Source: Thermoplasmatales archaeon
GTDB lineage: Archaea > Thermoplasmatota > E2 > DHVEG-1
Assembly (NCBI GenBank): GCA_030672305.1
Contig: DAOVGR010000052.1
Coordinates: forward strand, 3,961 to 67,960
DNA: 64,000 nucleotides
Direction of reading: 5' to 3'
In this document: positions 26,335 through 35,085 of the stretch, piece after piece
Numbering within the stretch: the first letter of the stretch is position 1
Layout of the letters: every line of letters starts with the position of its first letter
Program-made: the position numbers and the translations under genes
Notes under the pieces: generated by a model
Seen by the model: the letters and a program-made list of their open reading frames with translations, nothing else
What the model was told of the DNA's origin: nothing
Databases searched by the model: none

Positions 26335-28968
26335 ATGAAGAATGCTATAAAAATATCTTTGGTTCTGATAATTATTCTTTTATTTATAACACCAACAAAT
26401 ATAGATGCAGATATTGATAACATAGATCCGAATAAACAGGATGGAAGATTTATTTCCAAATTAGAATGGATCTCTCCAAATGGAGAATTACCAGGAACTT
26501 ATGAAGAATATTTATTAGAGCATCCTCAAAAATCAATATTGTTTTTTGAATCCCAAGATTTTGAGCCTAATGTTATTACCTCTAGTAAGTCAATTTCAAT
26601 TTTAGTTGATCAATTATTATATTTAAACATAAAATCCGCTGTTGATGAATATATAACAGATCTTCAAGCAGAAAAATATTTTGTTCATCTCCAGAAAATC
26701 ATTGGTGGTTCTCCAGAGGATATTAAGCTATGGGTAAAAGATCGTTATAATTCTGGTAGTGAAGGTTTCGTTTTTATTGGCGATATTACAGCTGCTTGGG
26801 CTGAAGTATCTGGTTCTGTTTTTCCATGTGATCTTTTTTATATGGATTTAGATGGAAATTGGGAGGACCAAGACAGTGATGGTGATTACGAGATACATAC
26901 AGCAGGTAATGGAGATATGGGACCAGAGGTTTATGCAGGTCGTATTTATGCTCATTCTCTTACTTATGATTCAGAGCAAAATATGGTTAATGAATATCTA
27001 TCAAAAGCACATGCTTATCGCATTGGCCAACTTACCCAAACCTGGAAGGGTCTTGAATATATTGATGAAGATTGGTTTAATATGGATGTCTATCTTCGAT
27101 ATATATATGGAGAGGATGTAACTCGTTTTGATTCTGGTTACAATACTACATCTGAAGGTTATTTAGAACAACTGGATCTCGGGCAACATTTTGTACAGGT
27201 TGGTGCTCATAGCTATTCTGGAGGGCATCATTTTGGTACACGGCCTACTGAATCAGCAAGTTATATTCATACTTATATTTACAGTCCAACAACCCGTTTT
27301 GCAAAGCTTCTTATAGGAAGTGATGACGGAATAAAGGTTTGGTTAAATTCAGAAAATGTTTATACAAATGATAGATATGGTGGTTGGAATCCTGACAATT
27401 TTGAAGTTGATGTAAGATTAAACGAAGGATGGAATAATTTATTATGCAAAATTAGTCAGGATGGTGGTACTTACTATTTTTCAGTTCGTTTAACTGATCT
27501 TAATTATAACACATTTGATGACCTTGAATATCAGATAAACAATCCTGATCTTTATGACGGAGAAGCAGAATTTATCCGAAGTTGGCTATTGAATGGATTT
27601 CATCAAGATATTTCTGACAATTTCTGGAATTATTTGACAACTAATTATCTAGGTGTGGACGAAGAAAGCATTAATCCTCAGGACGGTGAGGTTATGGGTG
27701 GAAATACCTGGACATGTTATGACTCTGGAAATCCTTATATCGACATGGGTAGCCATTGTAATGACGCAGATTTTGGAGTATGTTATGCTTTTGCTAGAAT
27801 TAATGCTTTTACTAATACCTCCTGTCAATTATGGATGGGATATGAGGATGGTGCACGTGTTTGGTTGAATGGCAACGAAGTGTTATATGATAATCGATAT
27901 GGTGGTTTCGAAGCGGATATGATGAAAATCAATATTACTTTACAACCTGGAGAAAATAGATTACTGATAAAAATATCAGAATGGATGGGAAATCATGGCT
28001 TTAGTGCTCGTTTATGTAAACCTGATGGAACACCTGTTCAAGGATTAACATTTGATCCACCACCTATTCCAATCTCATATATTGGAACATGGCTAATTAA
28101 TGGTCCATATTTTAACCCGGATCAATCAACAAGATTGAGTACAGATTATCTTGGCGATGAAGTAAATGCAACCCCAAGTGAAGGAGATTTTGCACCTCTT
28201 GGTACATGGGAACGTGGGATAGATAATGGTTGTCCTTTTAATCTCGGGGAATACTTTAATCATGGTGGTTGGGTACTTTCTGAAGATATTCAAATACATG
28301 ATCCTCCAGTATTATTCTATAATCTATTTGCGTGTGGACCAGGACGTTTCACAGATGAAAACTATCTTGCTGGGGCATACATCTTCAATACAACCAATGC
28401 ATTAATTACTGTAGCCTCATCAAAAAGTGGAAGTATGCTTAACTTTGATGATTTTAATCATCCTTTGAGTGAGCAGAAAACAATTGGAGAAGCATTTCGA
28501 GAATGGTTCGATGCTCAAGCTCCTTATGAATTATGGGAAAAGGAATGGTATTATGGAATGGTAGTCTGTGGAGACCCAACATTATTTATTATAAAAAATG
28601 ATCATCCTAGATCTCCAGATATTAACGGTCCCATTAATGGAAAATTAAGGATAAATTATGATTATATTTTTGAATCAGATGACCCTGACGATGAGAATAT
28701 ATATTATTATGTAGACTGGGGAGACGAAACAAATAGCGGATGGCTTGGTCCTTATTCATCTGGATATGAACTCACACTAAGTCATTCTTGGACTAAAAAT
28801 AGAACATATGAAATCAAAGTGCGTGTAAAGGATGTAAATAACTTATTGAGCCCATGGACCACGCTTGAGGTTAATATACCTAGAACTCAGCAAAATAGAA
28901 TTATTAACTGGTTTTATACACATCCTTTTTTACAATATATCTTACAGATATTGCTAAATATTCTTTAA
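26335..28968 (+). CDS. Secreted clan-CD (C25-like) peptidase homolog with two PA14-like insertions + type A module + tail-like C-terminus
   Basis: FVFIGDITAAW, VGAHSYSGGHHFG, VLFYNLFACGPGRF. Two PA14-like segments (GSDDGIKVWLNSENVYTNDRYGGW; GYEDGARVWLNGNEVLYDNRYGGF). Type A module (YDYIFESDDPDDENIYYYVDWGDETNSGW). Ends IPRTQQNRIINWFYTHPFLQYILQILLNIL. Confidence 0.85.
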   Translation: MKNAIKISLVLIIILLFITPTNIDADIDNIDPNKQDGRFISKLEWISPNGELPGTYEEYLLEHPQKSILFFESQDFEPNVITSSKSISILVDQLLYLNIKSAVDEYITDLQAEKYFVHLQKIIGGSPEDIKLWVKDRYNSGSEGFVFIGDITAAWAEVSGSVFPCDLFYMDLDGNWEDQDSDGDYEIHTAGNGDMGPEVYAGRIYAHSLTYDSEQNMVNEYLSKAHAYRIGQLTQTWKGLEYIDEDWFNMDVYLRYIYGEDVTRFDSGYNTTSEGYLEQLDLGQHFVQVGAHSYSGGHHFGTRPTESASYIHTYIYSPTTRFAKLLIGSDDGIKVWLNSENVYTNDRYGGWNPDNFEVDVRLNEGWNNLLCKISQDGGTYYFSVRLTDLNYNTFDDLEYQINNPDLYDGEAEFIRSWLLNGFHQDISDNFWNYLTTNYLGVDEESINPQDGEVMGGNTWTCYDSGNPYIDMGSHCNDADFGVCYAFARINAFTNTSCQLWMGYEDGARVWLNGNEVLYDNRYGGFEADMMKINITLQPGENRLLIKISEWMGNHGFSARLCKPDGTPVQGLTFDPPPIPISYIGTWLINGPYFNPDQSTRLSTDYLGDEVNATPSEGDFAPLGTWERGIDNGCPFNLGEYFNHGGWVLSEDIQIHDPPVLFYNLFACGPGRFTDENYLAGAYIFNTTNALITVASSKSGSMLNFDDFNHPLSEQKTIGEAFREWFDAQAPYELWEKEWYYGMVVCGDPTLFIIKNDHPRSPDINGPINGKLRINYDYIFESDDPDDENIYYYVDWGDETNSGWLGPYSSGYELTLSHSWTKNRTYEIKVRVKDVNNLLSPWTTLEVNIPRTQQNRIINWFYTHPFLQYILQILLNIL

Positions 28969-29052
28969 TATTTTTCAGCTTATCAATAACATTATATAAA
29001 CAAATAATAAGTTTTAAAATAGGAATATGTTATATTGTTTAAGGAGATGGGA

Positions 29053-30180
29053 ATGAATAATAAATTTCTGATAATTTTATTATTTTTTAGTTTTACCTTT
29101 TTAATTTTTAGTGGTTGTACAGATACTTTTTCACCACTAGATAAAGATTCCGTTAGTAATGGAAAATTAATATTTAATTATCCTCCAGTTGATTTGGATA
29201 AGGTTGCTTTTATCGAACCTATGGGAAGTATGATTGGAAATCATGTGACACCAATTGATCACCAGTATTATCCTTCGACAGATTTCTTGGAAGGTCAAGA
29301 AATTAAAATTGATGTGTACTCACCTGCTGATGGAGTAATAACAAATATCCAACATATGGGTTCTTTTAATAGTTCTATGGATGATTATAGACTGGTGATT
29401 CAACATACTAATTCTATTTCAAGTGTTTTTATCCATATTGATAATCTTTCAGAAAAAATTGCTAAATATGCTCCTTCTGAGGGTGAATATGTAAGTGTAA
29501 GTATTTCTGTTTCAGCAGGTGAATTAATTGGAAACTATAGTGGTTCTGTTGATTACAATGTTGTTGATTATGATATAGTCCTAACTGGATTTATTAATCA
29601 AGAAAGTTATAGGTTTGAACCTTGGAAGATACATACTCCTGATCCTTTCAATTATTTTAATGTATCAATAAAAAATCAATTAATCGAGAAATGTTTGCGC
29701 TCAGAAGATCCGATAGGGGGGAAGATTGATCATGATATCGATGGAAGGTTAGTTGGTAATTGGTTTAAGGAAGGTACAAATGGGTATGGCGGTCTTGAAA
29801 AGGATAATTATTGGGTAGGACATTTAGCAATTGCGTATAATAGTGTAGATCCAGCTCATATACTTGTTTCATTTGGTTCATATGATGGTGAACCAAAACA
29901 ATTTGGAGTAAAAAATAATACACCCAATCCTACGAATGTTAGTACTGAATCAGGTCTTGTAATATATGAACTGGTTGATTATGATTTTTATAATGAAAGT
30001 GAACTTTGGGATAGAGGAAGTCTCATTAAAGGACTTAAAATAAAAAATTATAATCATGTTCATGGAGTTGTTTTATTTCAATTGATAGAAGATAGAAAAC
30101 TTAATGTTGAAATTTTACCTGATACAACAATAGATGAAGTTGAAGGATTTACAAACAATGCAATTATTTATATTAGATAA
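29053..30180 (+). CDS. Putative lipoprotein, possibly degenerate M23/LytM-like barrel
   Basis: ATG 29053 lies after AAGGAG. Lipobox-like LIFSGCTD. The pattern SPADGVITNIQH..YRLVIQHTNSISSVFIHIDNL..VSAGELIGN resembles the M23 fold, but the HxH motif is absent. Family call is weak. Confidence 0.65.
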   Translation: MNNKFLIILLFFSFTFLIFSGCTDTFSPLDKDSVSNGKLIFNYPPVDLDKVAFIEPMGSMIGNHVTPIDHQYYPSTDFLEGQEIKIDVYSPADGVITNIQHMGSFNSSMDDYRLVIQHTNSISSVFIHIDNLSEKIAKYAPSEGEYVSVSISVSAGELIGNYSGSVDYNVVDYDIVLTGFINQESYRFEPWKIHTPDPFNYFNVSIKNQLIEKCLRSEDPIGGKIDHDIDGRLVGNWFKEGTNGYGGLEKDNYWVGHLAIAYNSVDPAHILVSFGSYDGEPKQFGVKNNTPNPTNVSTESGLVIYELVDYDFYNESELWDRGSLIKGLKIKNYNHVHGVVLFQLIEDRKLNVEILPDTTIDEVEGFTNNAIIYIR

Positions 30181-30283
30181 AAATCACATAAAAAAACACA
30201 AGTTTTAATTAAAATTGTCGACTGCAAACTTATAATAGAATTAGTATATTTCAATTCTCTAACAAAAAATAAATGGTGTAAAA

Positions 30284-30658
30284 ATGAAAAAACAGATTAT
30301 TATAATTAGTATAGCTGTTCTATTGATCTGCATCTGTTTTAGCGGGTGTAATGAAAATTCAAAAAAAATTAACATAAAAAATAAATTAATCGGAATATGG
30401 TCAGGAACTTCATATTTTCTAAATGATACTACAAATATAACACTAACTTTTTATAAAGATGATACAGCAAAACAAGAAGACGATCAATCCCATATACATT
30501 GGTTTAACTTTGATATTGATGATAATTGTTTGAATTTAATATTACCAGAACTACCTCCAGAATATGCTATTTGTTATACCTATGAATTCTCAAATAATGA
30601 TAATGCCTTAACCCTTACAAACGAGAGTCTTGATACAATAATACTTAACAAACAATAA
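30284..30658 (+). CDS. Small putative lipoprotein
   Basis: MKKQIIIISIAVLLICICFSGCNE has a lipobox-like FSGC; no other motif. Confidence 0.6.
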   Translation: MKKQIIIISIAVLLICICFSGCNENSKKINIKNKLIGIWSGTSYFLNDTTNITLTFYKDDTAKQEDDQSHIHWFNFDIDDNCLNLILPELPPEYAICYTYEFSNNDNALTLTNESLDTIILNKQ

Positions 30659-30674
30659 AGAAATAATAAAAATT

Positions 30675-31331
30675 CTAATTATTCCTTTTAATAAGAAAAT
30701 TCTCAGCTTTTGATTTCAAGGTTTTACGTGTACTATTTAGATGTTTTTCGATAAAAGTAATAACCTCTCCTTTATTTTCAACCTTATCAAAAAACATACT
30801 AAATGATAAAATCGCTTGTTCTGTAATAACCTTCTTACATTCAGGTGTGAGATGAGATGTTATCTTAATATTCTCAACTTTTAAAAGCTCCTCAGTAATC
30901 TTATTAATAAGATGAGGTTTAGCCATTGCAATCTTACCAGAGTGACCAACTAAATTTGCAACTGTAACCATATAGTCATTATTTATAAAACTATAATATT
31001 TATTAAAAACTTGATCGAACTTTTTTTCCTTATCAACTTTTGTTAAATTTGCAATAATTGCCATTGATTGCCAAATTAGTATTCTATATTGACTATCTAA
31101 AAGCTTTACAAAAAAATCCATATATGGATACAATTTTTCTGGATTTTCTTCGCTAATATCCATTAAAACTTTCCCACATCCATATCTAATAGCTGCCTTT
31201 GATGAACTCATACCATTTACTATCTCTGGTAGTAAATCATAATTATTTTTTACTTTATCGAATAAATCTTTTTTTGAAATTGTTTTATCTACTAATTCAT
31301 CTACTAATTTTTTTCCCATAAGATACCTCAA
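30675..31331 (-). CDS. Cytoplasmic alpha-helical repeat (HEAT/ARM-like) hypothetical protein
   Basis: No signal peptide. Helix-rich composition with repeats of ~35-40 aa. No family recognised. Confidence 0.6.
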   Translation of the reverse strand: MRYLMGKKLVDELVDKTISKKDLFDKVKNNYDLLPEIVNGMSSSKAAIRYGCGKVLMDISEENPEKLYPYMDFFVKLLDSQYRILIWQSMAIIANLTKVDKEKKFDQVFNKYYSFINNDYMVTVANLVGHSGKIAMAKPHLINKITEELLKVENIKITSHLTPECKKVITEQAILSFSMFFDKVENKGEVITFIEKHLNSTRKTLKSKAENFLIKRNN

Positions 31332-31458
31332 TGATGACTTGTATAGAAAATTCTTTTTTTAATTATTATGATAATTTTTGTTTATTAAGCGTAATTATTA
31401 AATATCAATAATATTATTCATTAAGTAATATCTTTAAATTTTAGAGCGGAGGTAAGAA

Positions 31459-32748
31459 ATGAAAACTAAAAAAAATAGATTAGTTGGAGCGGGTGTTTTC
31501 ATGATTTCTTTGTTGTTGATTTTATCATCAAGTGTGACAATTGCAAATACAGTTGATATAAATCAAACAGAAGCAACAGCAGCAATTGATACTGCAGATA
31601 TGGAATACCCAGTAAATGTTGATTATAAGAACGAAGTTTATGAAATTGGTAGTTCTCAAAGAGTCACTTGTTATGCAACTAATCTTCATAATGATCCAAA
31701 TGACAATCTTGCATGGTTCTATTCAGATATTCCAGATGACTTTATTCATATAGCAGATATCTCATCTGTTGATTTCCTTGGAGGTGGGTGCTTTGCTGGA
31801 GAAGTTGGAGATGATGTCTGGTGGGCTTGTGAATATAGTGCGGTCGAAGACAGTAATATTTGGCAAATAGATGAAGAAACAGGTGCAATGTATCTGATTG
31901 GAAATGCAGGTGTTGGTTTAAATGGTTTAGCATATGATCCTTCTACAGATACTTTATATGGATGTGGAAGTGCAGACCTCTTTATCATTAATCAAGAAAC
32001 AGGCGATGCAACAACTGTAGGTGCATTTGGGACAGGTGGATTAATGATAGGAATTGCATGTGATACTAGTGGAAAAATATATGGAGAGGACTTAGGAACA
32101 GATAGCCTTTATGATATAAATCCTGCAACAGGAGAAGCTACACTAATAGGTGCAATTGGTATAAACCTCAACGATGCACAGGATATAGCATATGATAAAG
32201 ATCATGACATACTATATAGTACTGGTTACAAAGGAAGTACAAATGGTGGCGGAGCATTAGGTACACTTGATCTAAATGATGGTCATTATACATATATTGG
32301 TGATTTTCCAATAGGTGTCAGTGGTGTACCATCTGAAATTGCTTGTTTTGGTATTCCCTATGGAATTCCAAATGAACCACCAGAGGCTCCCGAGATTGAT
32401 GGTCCACCTTCTGGACCCAATGGGGAAGAATTATGCTGGACATTTCATTCTGATGACCCAAATGGTGATCAACTAAAGTACTTTATCGACTGGGGAGATG
32501 GATCAACAGATGAAACAGATTGTTATCCAACTTGTACACCCGTTGAAGCATGTCATATATATGAAAAGCAAGGAAAATATACAATAACAGCTTATGCACA
32601 AGAATGTCCTGATGGTTTAACAAGTGAAGTAAGTGAATTTGGAGTAGCAATTCCAAGAACTAGAACAGCTTATCATCCACTGCTTTTGAGATTTTTCGAG
32701 CGCTTTCCAAATACCTTCATAATATTAAGGGCTCTCTTAGGGATTTAA
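31459..32748 (+). CDS. Secreted beta-propeller-like protein + Cys-containing type B module + conserved tail
   Basis: Signal peptide. Repeats L[YF].I[ND]..TG.AT.[IV]GA.G. Type B module ELCWTFHSDDPNGDQLKYFIDWGDGSTDETDCYPTCTPVEACH. Tail IPRTRTAYHPLLLRFFERFPNTFIILRALLGI. Confidence 0.88.
   Translation: MKTKKNRLVGAGVFMISLLLILSSSVTIANTVDINQTEATAAIDTADMEYPVNVDYKNEVYEIGSSQRVTCYATNLHNDPNDNLAWFYSDIPDDFIHIADISSVDFLGGGCFAGEVGDDVWWACEYSAVEDSNIWQIDEETGAMYLIGNAGVGLNGLAYDPSTDTLYGCGSADLFIINQETGDATTVGAFGTGGLMIGIACDTSGKIYGEDLGTDSLYDINPATGEATLIGAIGINLNDAQDIAYDKDHDILYSTGYKGSTNGGGALGTLDLNDGHYTYIGDFPIGVSGVPSEIACFGIPYGIPNEPPEAPEIDGPPSGPNGEELCWTFHSDDPNGDQLKYFIDWGDGSTDETDCYPTCTPVEACHIYEKQGKYTITAYAQECPDGLTSEVSEFGVAIPRTRTAYHPLLLRFFERFPNTFIILRALLGI
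32650..32745 (+). other. Conserved C-terminal tail (copy in propeller/type B protein)
   Basis: IPRTRTAYHPLLLRFFERFPNTFIILRALLGI-stop. Confidence 0.85.
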
Positions 32749-32779
32749 AATAAAATAAATCTCTCTTTTTTTCTTTTTA
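32739..32779 (+). terminator. Hairpin + oligo-T terminator overlapping the last codons and stop of 31459-32748
   Basis: AGGGATTTA (32739-32747) pairs with TAAATCTCT (32756-32764; one G.U), followed by CTTTTTTTCTTTTT. Confidence 0.55.
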
Positions 32780-32815
32780 TAAAATAATTTTAAAGCTAGG
32801 AAATACTGTTTTTAA

Positions 32816-33202
32816 TTAAAAAACTAAAGCAAATAAAATCCATTCCTCTTCAAAATTAAAAGAACCATTTGGGATTTCTTGTCCTATTCCATATATAAAC
32901 GCAGTTACATTCCGTTCAGTAGTAACATCCAATCTAATAGGAAAAAATCTAATTAACACAAACTGTACATAATTAAATTTGATTATTCCAATATTACCAA
33001 AAACACCTAATTGTCTTCCACTACTAGCATTTCCATGAACTAAAACCCTAAAAAAAAACTTAGGAATAAGTCCTGATGGTTTAGAAGAATATTGTAAATT
33101 ATCTATTTGGTTATTTTGTGAAACTACACTTAATAAACAACTGTTCGTTAGAATTGTTACTATTATAAAAATTAATACTATCCTCCCTTTCAATTGTATC
33201 AA
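32816..33202 (-). CDS. Hypothetical small exported protein
   Basis: TTG start and an N-terminal hydrophobic segment (IVLIFIIVTILTNSCLL). No homology recognised. Confidence 0.4.
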   Translation of the reverse strand: MIQLKGRIVLIFIIVTILTNSCLLSVVSQNNQIDNLQYSSKPSGLIPKFFFRVLVHGNASSGRQLGVFGNIGIIKFNYVQFVLIRFFPIRLDVTTERNVTAFIYGIGQEIPNGSFNFEEEWILFALVF

Positions 33203-33361
33203 CTCATAATGATATTTAATTTCTAGTATATATAATTTATAGAAATTTTTTCTAAATTATAATTTTTTAAAAATCGTTATATGGTTTTTTTATTTATAAT
33301 AAATTTAATGCAAGCCAAATTAAAAAATCACTTGTTTTTAAACGATAACTATAAATATTAG

Positions 33362-33381
33362 ATGTGATATACATATCACAT
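33362..33381. promoter_or_regulatory. Perfect 9-bp inverted repeat ATGTGATAT-AC-ATATCACAT; candidate operator of the XRE-HTH operon
   Basis: Read directly. Lies immediately downstream of an ATAAATATTA TATA-like box and 84 nt upstream of ATG 33465. Confidence 0.5.
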
Positions 33382-33464
33382 AATGTTAGAAATATACAAT
33401 AAAATGTTATTTCTAGCAAATAATAAGTTAGAAATAAATAATAAATTGAAAAGGAGGTAAAAAA

Positions 33465-33869
33465 ATGAAAGATAAAATAGGAATTTTAATAGGCATTGGA
33501 ATAGCAGCATTAGTAATAGCAACAATATTCTTTTATGTATTGAATGCTGGTGCCCTTGAATTTAGTGAAATATTACCCATAGTGATAGTGTTTATATTAG
33601 TAACATCCACACTCTATATATTGTGGGACAGAATAAAAAATGTAAAAAAGGGATTACCTGCACAAGATGAACGGTTAAAAATAACAAATTATAAAGCATG
33701 TTACTATGGATTTATTGCATCAATTTGGAGTGCTGTTGGCGCTCCATTAATTTCAGGAATACTCTTTGATCATGAACTATCAGGACATCATGTTACAGCT
33801 GTTGTTGTATTATGTGGAGGAATAGCGTTTATGATATCCTATATTTACTTAGCCTGGAAAGGGGACTAA
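33465..33869 (+). CDS. Small integral membrane protein (4 predicted TM)
   Basis: AAGGAGG RBS. Four hydrophobic helices. Its stop lies 2 nt before the HTH gene start. Confidence 0.75.
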   Translation: MKDKIGILIGIGIAALVIATIFFYVLNAGALEFSEILPIVIVFILVTSTLYILWDRIKNVKKGLPAQDERLKITNYKACYYGFIASIWSAVGAPLISGILFDHELSGHHVTAVVVLCGGIAFMISYIYLAWKGD

Positions 33870-33871
33870 GT

Positions 33872-34069
33872 ATGAAAACAAGAATAAAGGAACTTAGAGC
33901 CCGATATGATTTAACACAAGAAGACCTAGCTAAAAAAGTAGGAGTGCGTAGAGAAACTATTTTATTTATTGAAAAAGGAAAATACAATCCTTCCCTAAAA
34001 CTAGCATATGACATTGCAAAAGAATTGAAAACGACAATAGATGAGTTATTTATTTTTGATAAAGATTAA
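33872..34069 (+). CDS. XRE-family helix-turn-helix transcriptional regulator (65 aa)
   Basis: [52 protein letters not shown] is a classic Cro/C1-type HTH. ATG 33872 chosen over the ORF-track 33812, which would overlap the upstream gene. Confidence 0.88.
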   Translation: MKTRIKELRARYDLTQEDLAKKVGVRRETILFIEKGKYNPSLKLAYDIAKELKTTIDELFIFDKD

Positions 34070-34101
34070 ATAAAAAAAAATGAAAAAAGAGGTAGATTTT
34101 T

Positions 34102-34977
34102 TTATTTATATGTAGTTTCTTTCAATTCACCTTTGATATCTAACATGATATCGTTTGTATTTATTTCTGCTAGGGCTTTGATATAATTACCAGCTGAAGG
34201 TGCATAGTATAAAGAACCCAATAATCCCTGGAAGAACTCAATATTGTATGCTGTATAATTTTTTCCTAAAACAGTTACCTGCTCTTCCTTAGCGGTGTAC
34301 ATAAGCATAGGTAGAGTAACATTTTGTTCAAGATAAATTTCCTCTGGAAAATCACTTAAAAGAGAATGAAGAATCTTGAGGACTATTGATTCCACCCTTA
34401 AATTTGTAGAAAGAGTGGTTTCAGGTAGAATACCTTCCTTTCCATCATAGAGCGGGAAATCAATAAGTGGTCTTGGGGTTTCTTGAATAATGTTTATTGT
34501 AATTGTTAAGGGAAGTGGAATAGGTATTGGAAACATAAAAGGATGGTTTAATAATAAGGCTATTGATCTAATTACTATATTTGCTTCTTCAGCTGCTAAA
34601 TCAGCTTGACGGATTTTTAAATCACCAGAAATTTTTGTAATGAAAAGAATTCCTCCTAGGGTTGTTCCTGCACCATCATCGTAATCAAATATTCCTCCAA
34701 TATTCCCTGAAAGACTCATTTGATAAGATGTTGCTGTTATTCCTACTACACTAACTAAAAGATCATTTAAGGACAAATCCAGTGACATAATTTGACCAGT
34801 TTGATTAAGCTGAAAATTTAGTTTTCCAATTTCATATCTCCAAGAATCACCATTTTCCCATATTGGTACATCATCATCTATGGTTATACTATCTATTTCT
34901 GTTGTGATATTATATGCTAATCCTGACATACTAAACATCAACATTGTACATAATATTAAACAAACTAATCTTTTCAT
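34102..34977 (-). CDS. Secreted hypothetical protein
   Basis: Signal peptide MKRLVCLILCTMLMFSMSGLAYN. No recognisable domain and no tail. Confidence 0.65.
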   Translation of the reverse strand: MKRLVCLILCTMLMFSMSGLAYNITTEIDSITIDDDVPIWENGDSWRYEIGKLNFQLNQTGQIMSLDLSLNDLLVSVVGITATSYQMSLSGNIGGIFDYDDGAGTTLGGILFITKISGDLKIRQADLAAEEANIVIRSIALLLNHPFMFPIPIPLPLTITINIIQETPRPLIDFPLYDGKEGILPETTLSTNLRVESIVLKILHSLLSDFPEEIYLEQNVTLPMLMYTAKEEQVTVLGKNYTAYNIEFFQGLLGSLYYAPSAGNYIKALAEINTNDIMLDIKGELKETTYK

Positions 34978-35057
34978 AATATTCTACCTTCCCAAGAAAT
35001 AATAGTTTTTATTGTTTATATACCATTTGGTGAAATTTATCTTATTACGACACTCAA

Positions 35058-35085
35058 TTAAAAGAAAAGAGGGTATTAAAACCCT
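35058..35085 (-). terminator. Hairpin + oligo-T terminator overlapping the stop of 35076-36671
   Basis: Sense strand: AGGGT-TTTAAT-ACCCT, then CTTTTCTTTT. Confidence 0.5.

Noticed and set aside
33812-33871. Upstream extension of the HTH ORF (the ORF-track start at 33812).
   Set aside because: It would overlap the preceding membrane-protein gene by 58 nt and add 20 residues not typical of XRE proteins. ATG 33872 lies right after the upstream stop and gives a canonical 65-aa HTH.
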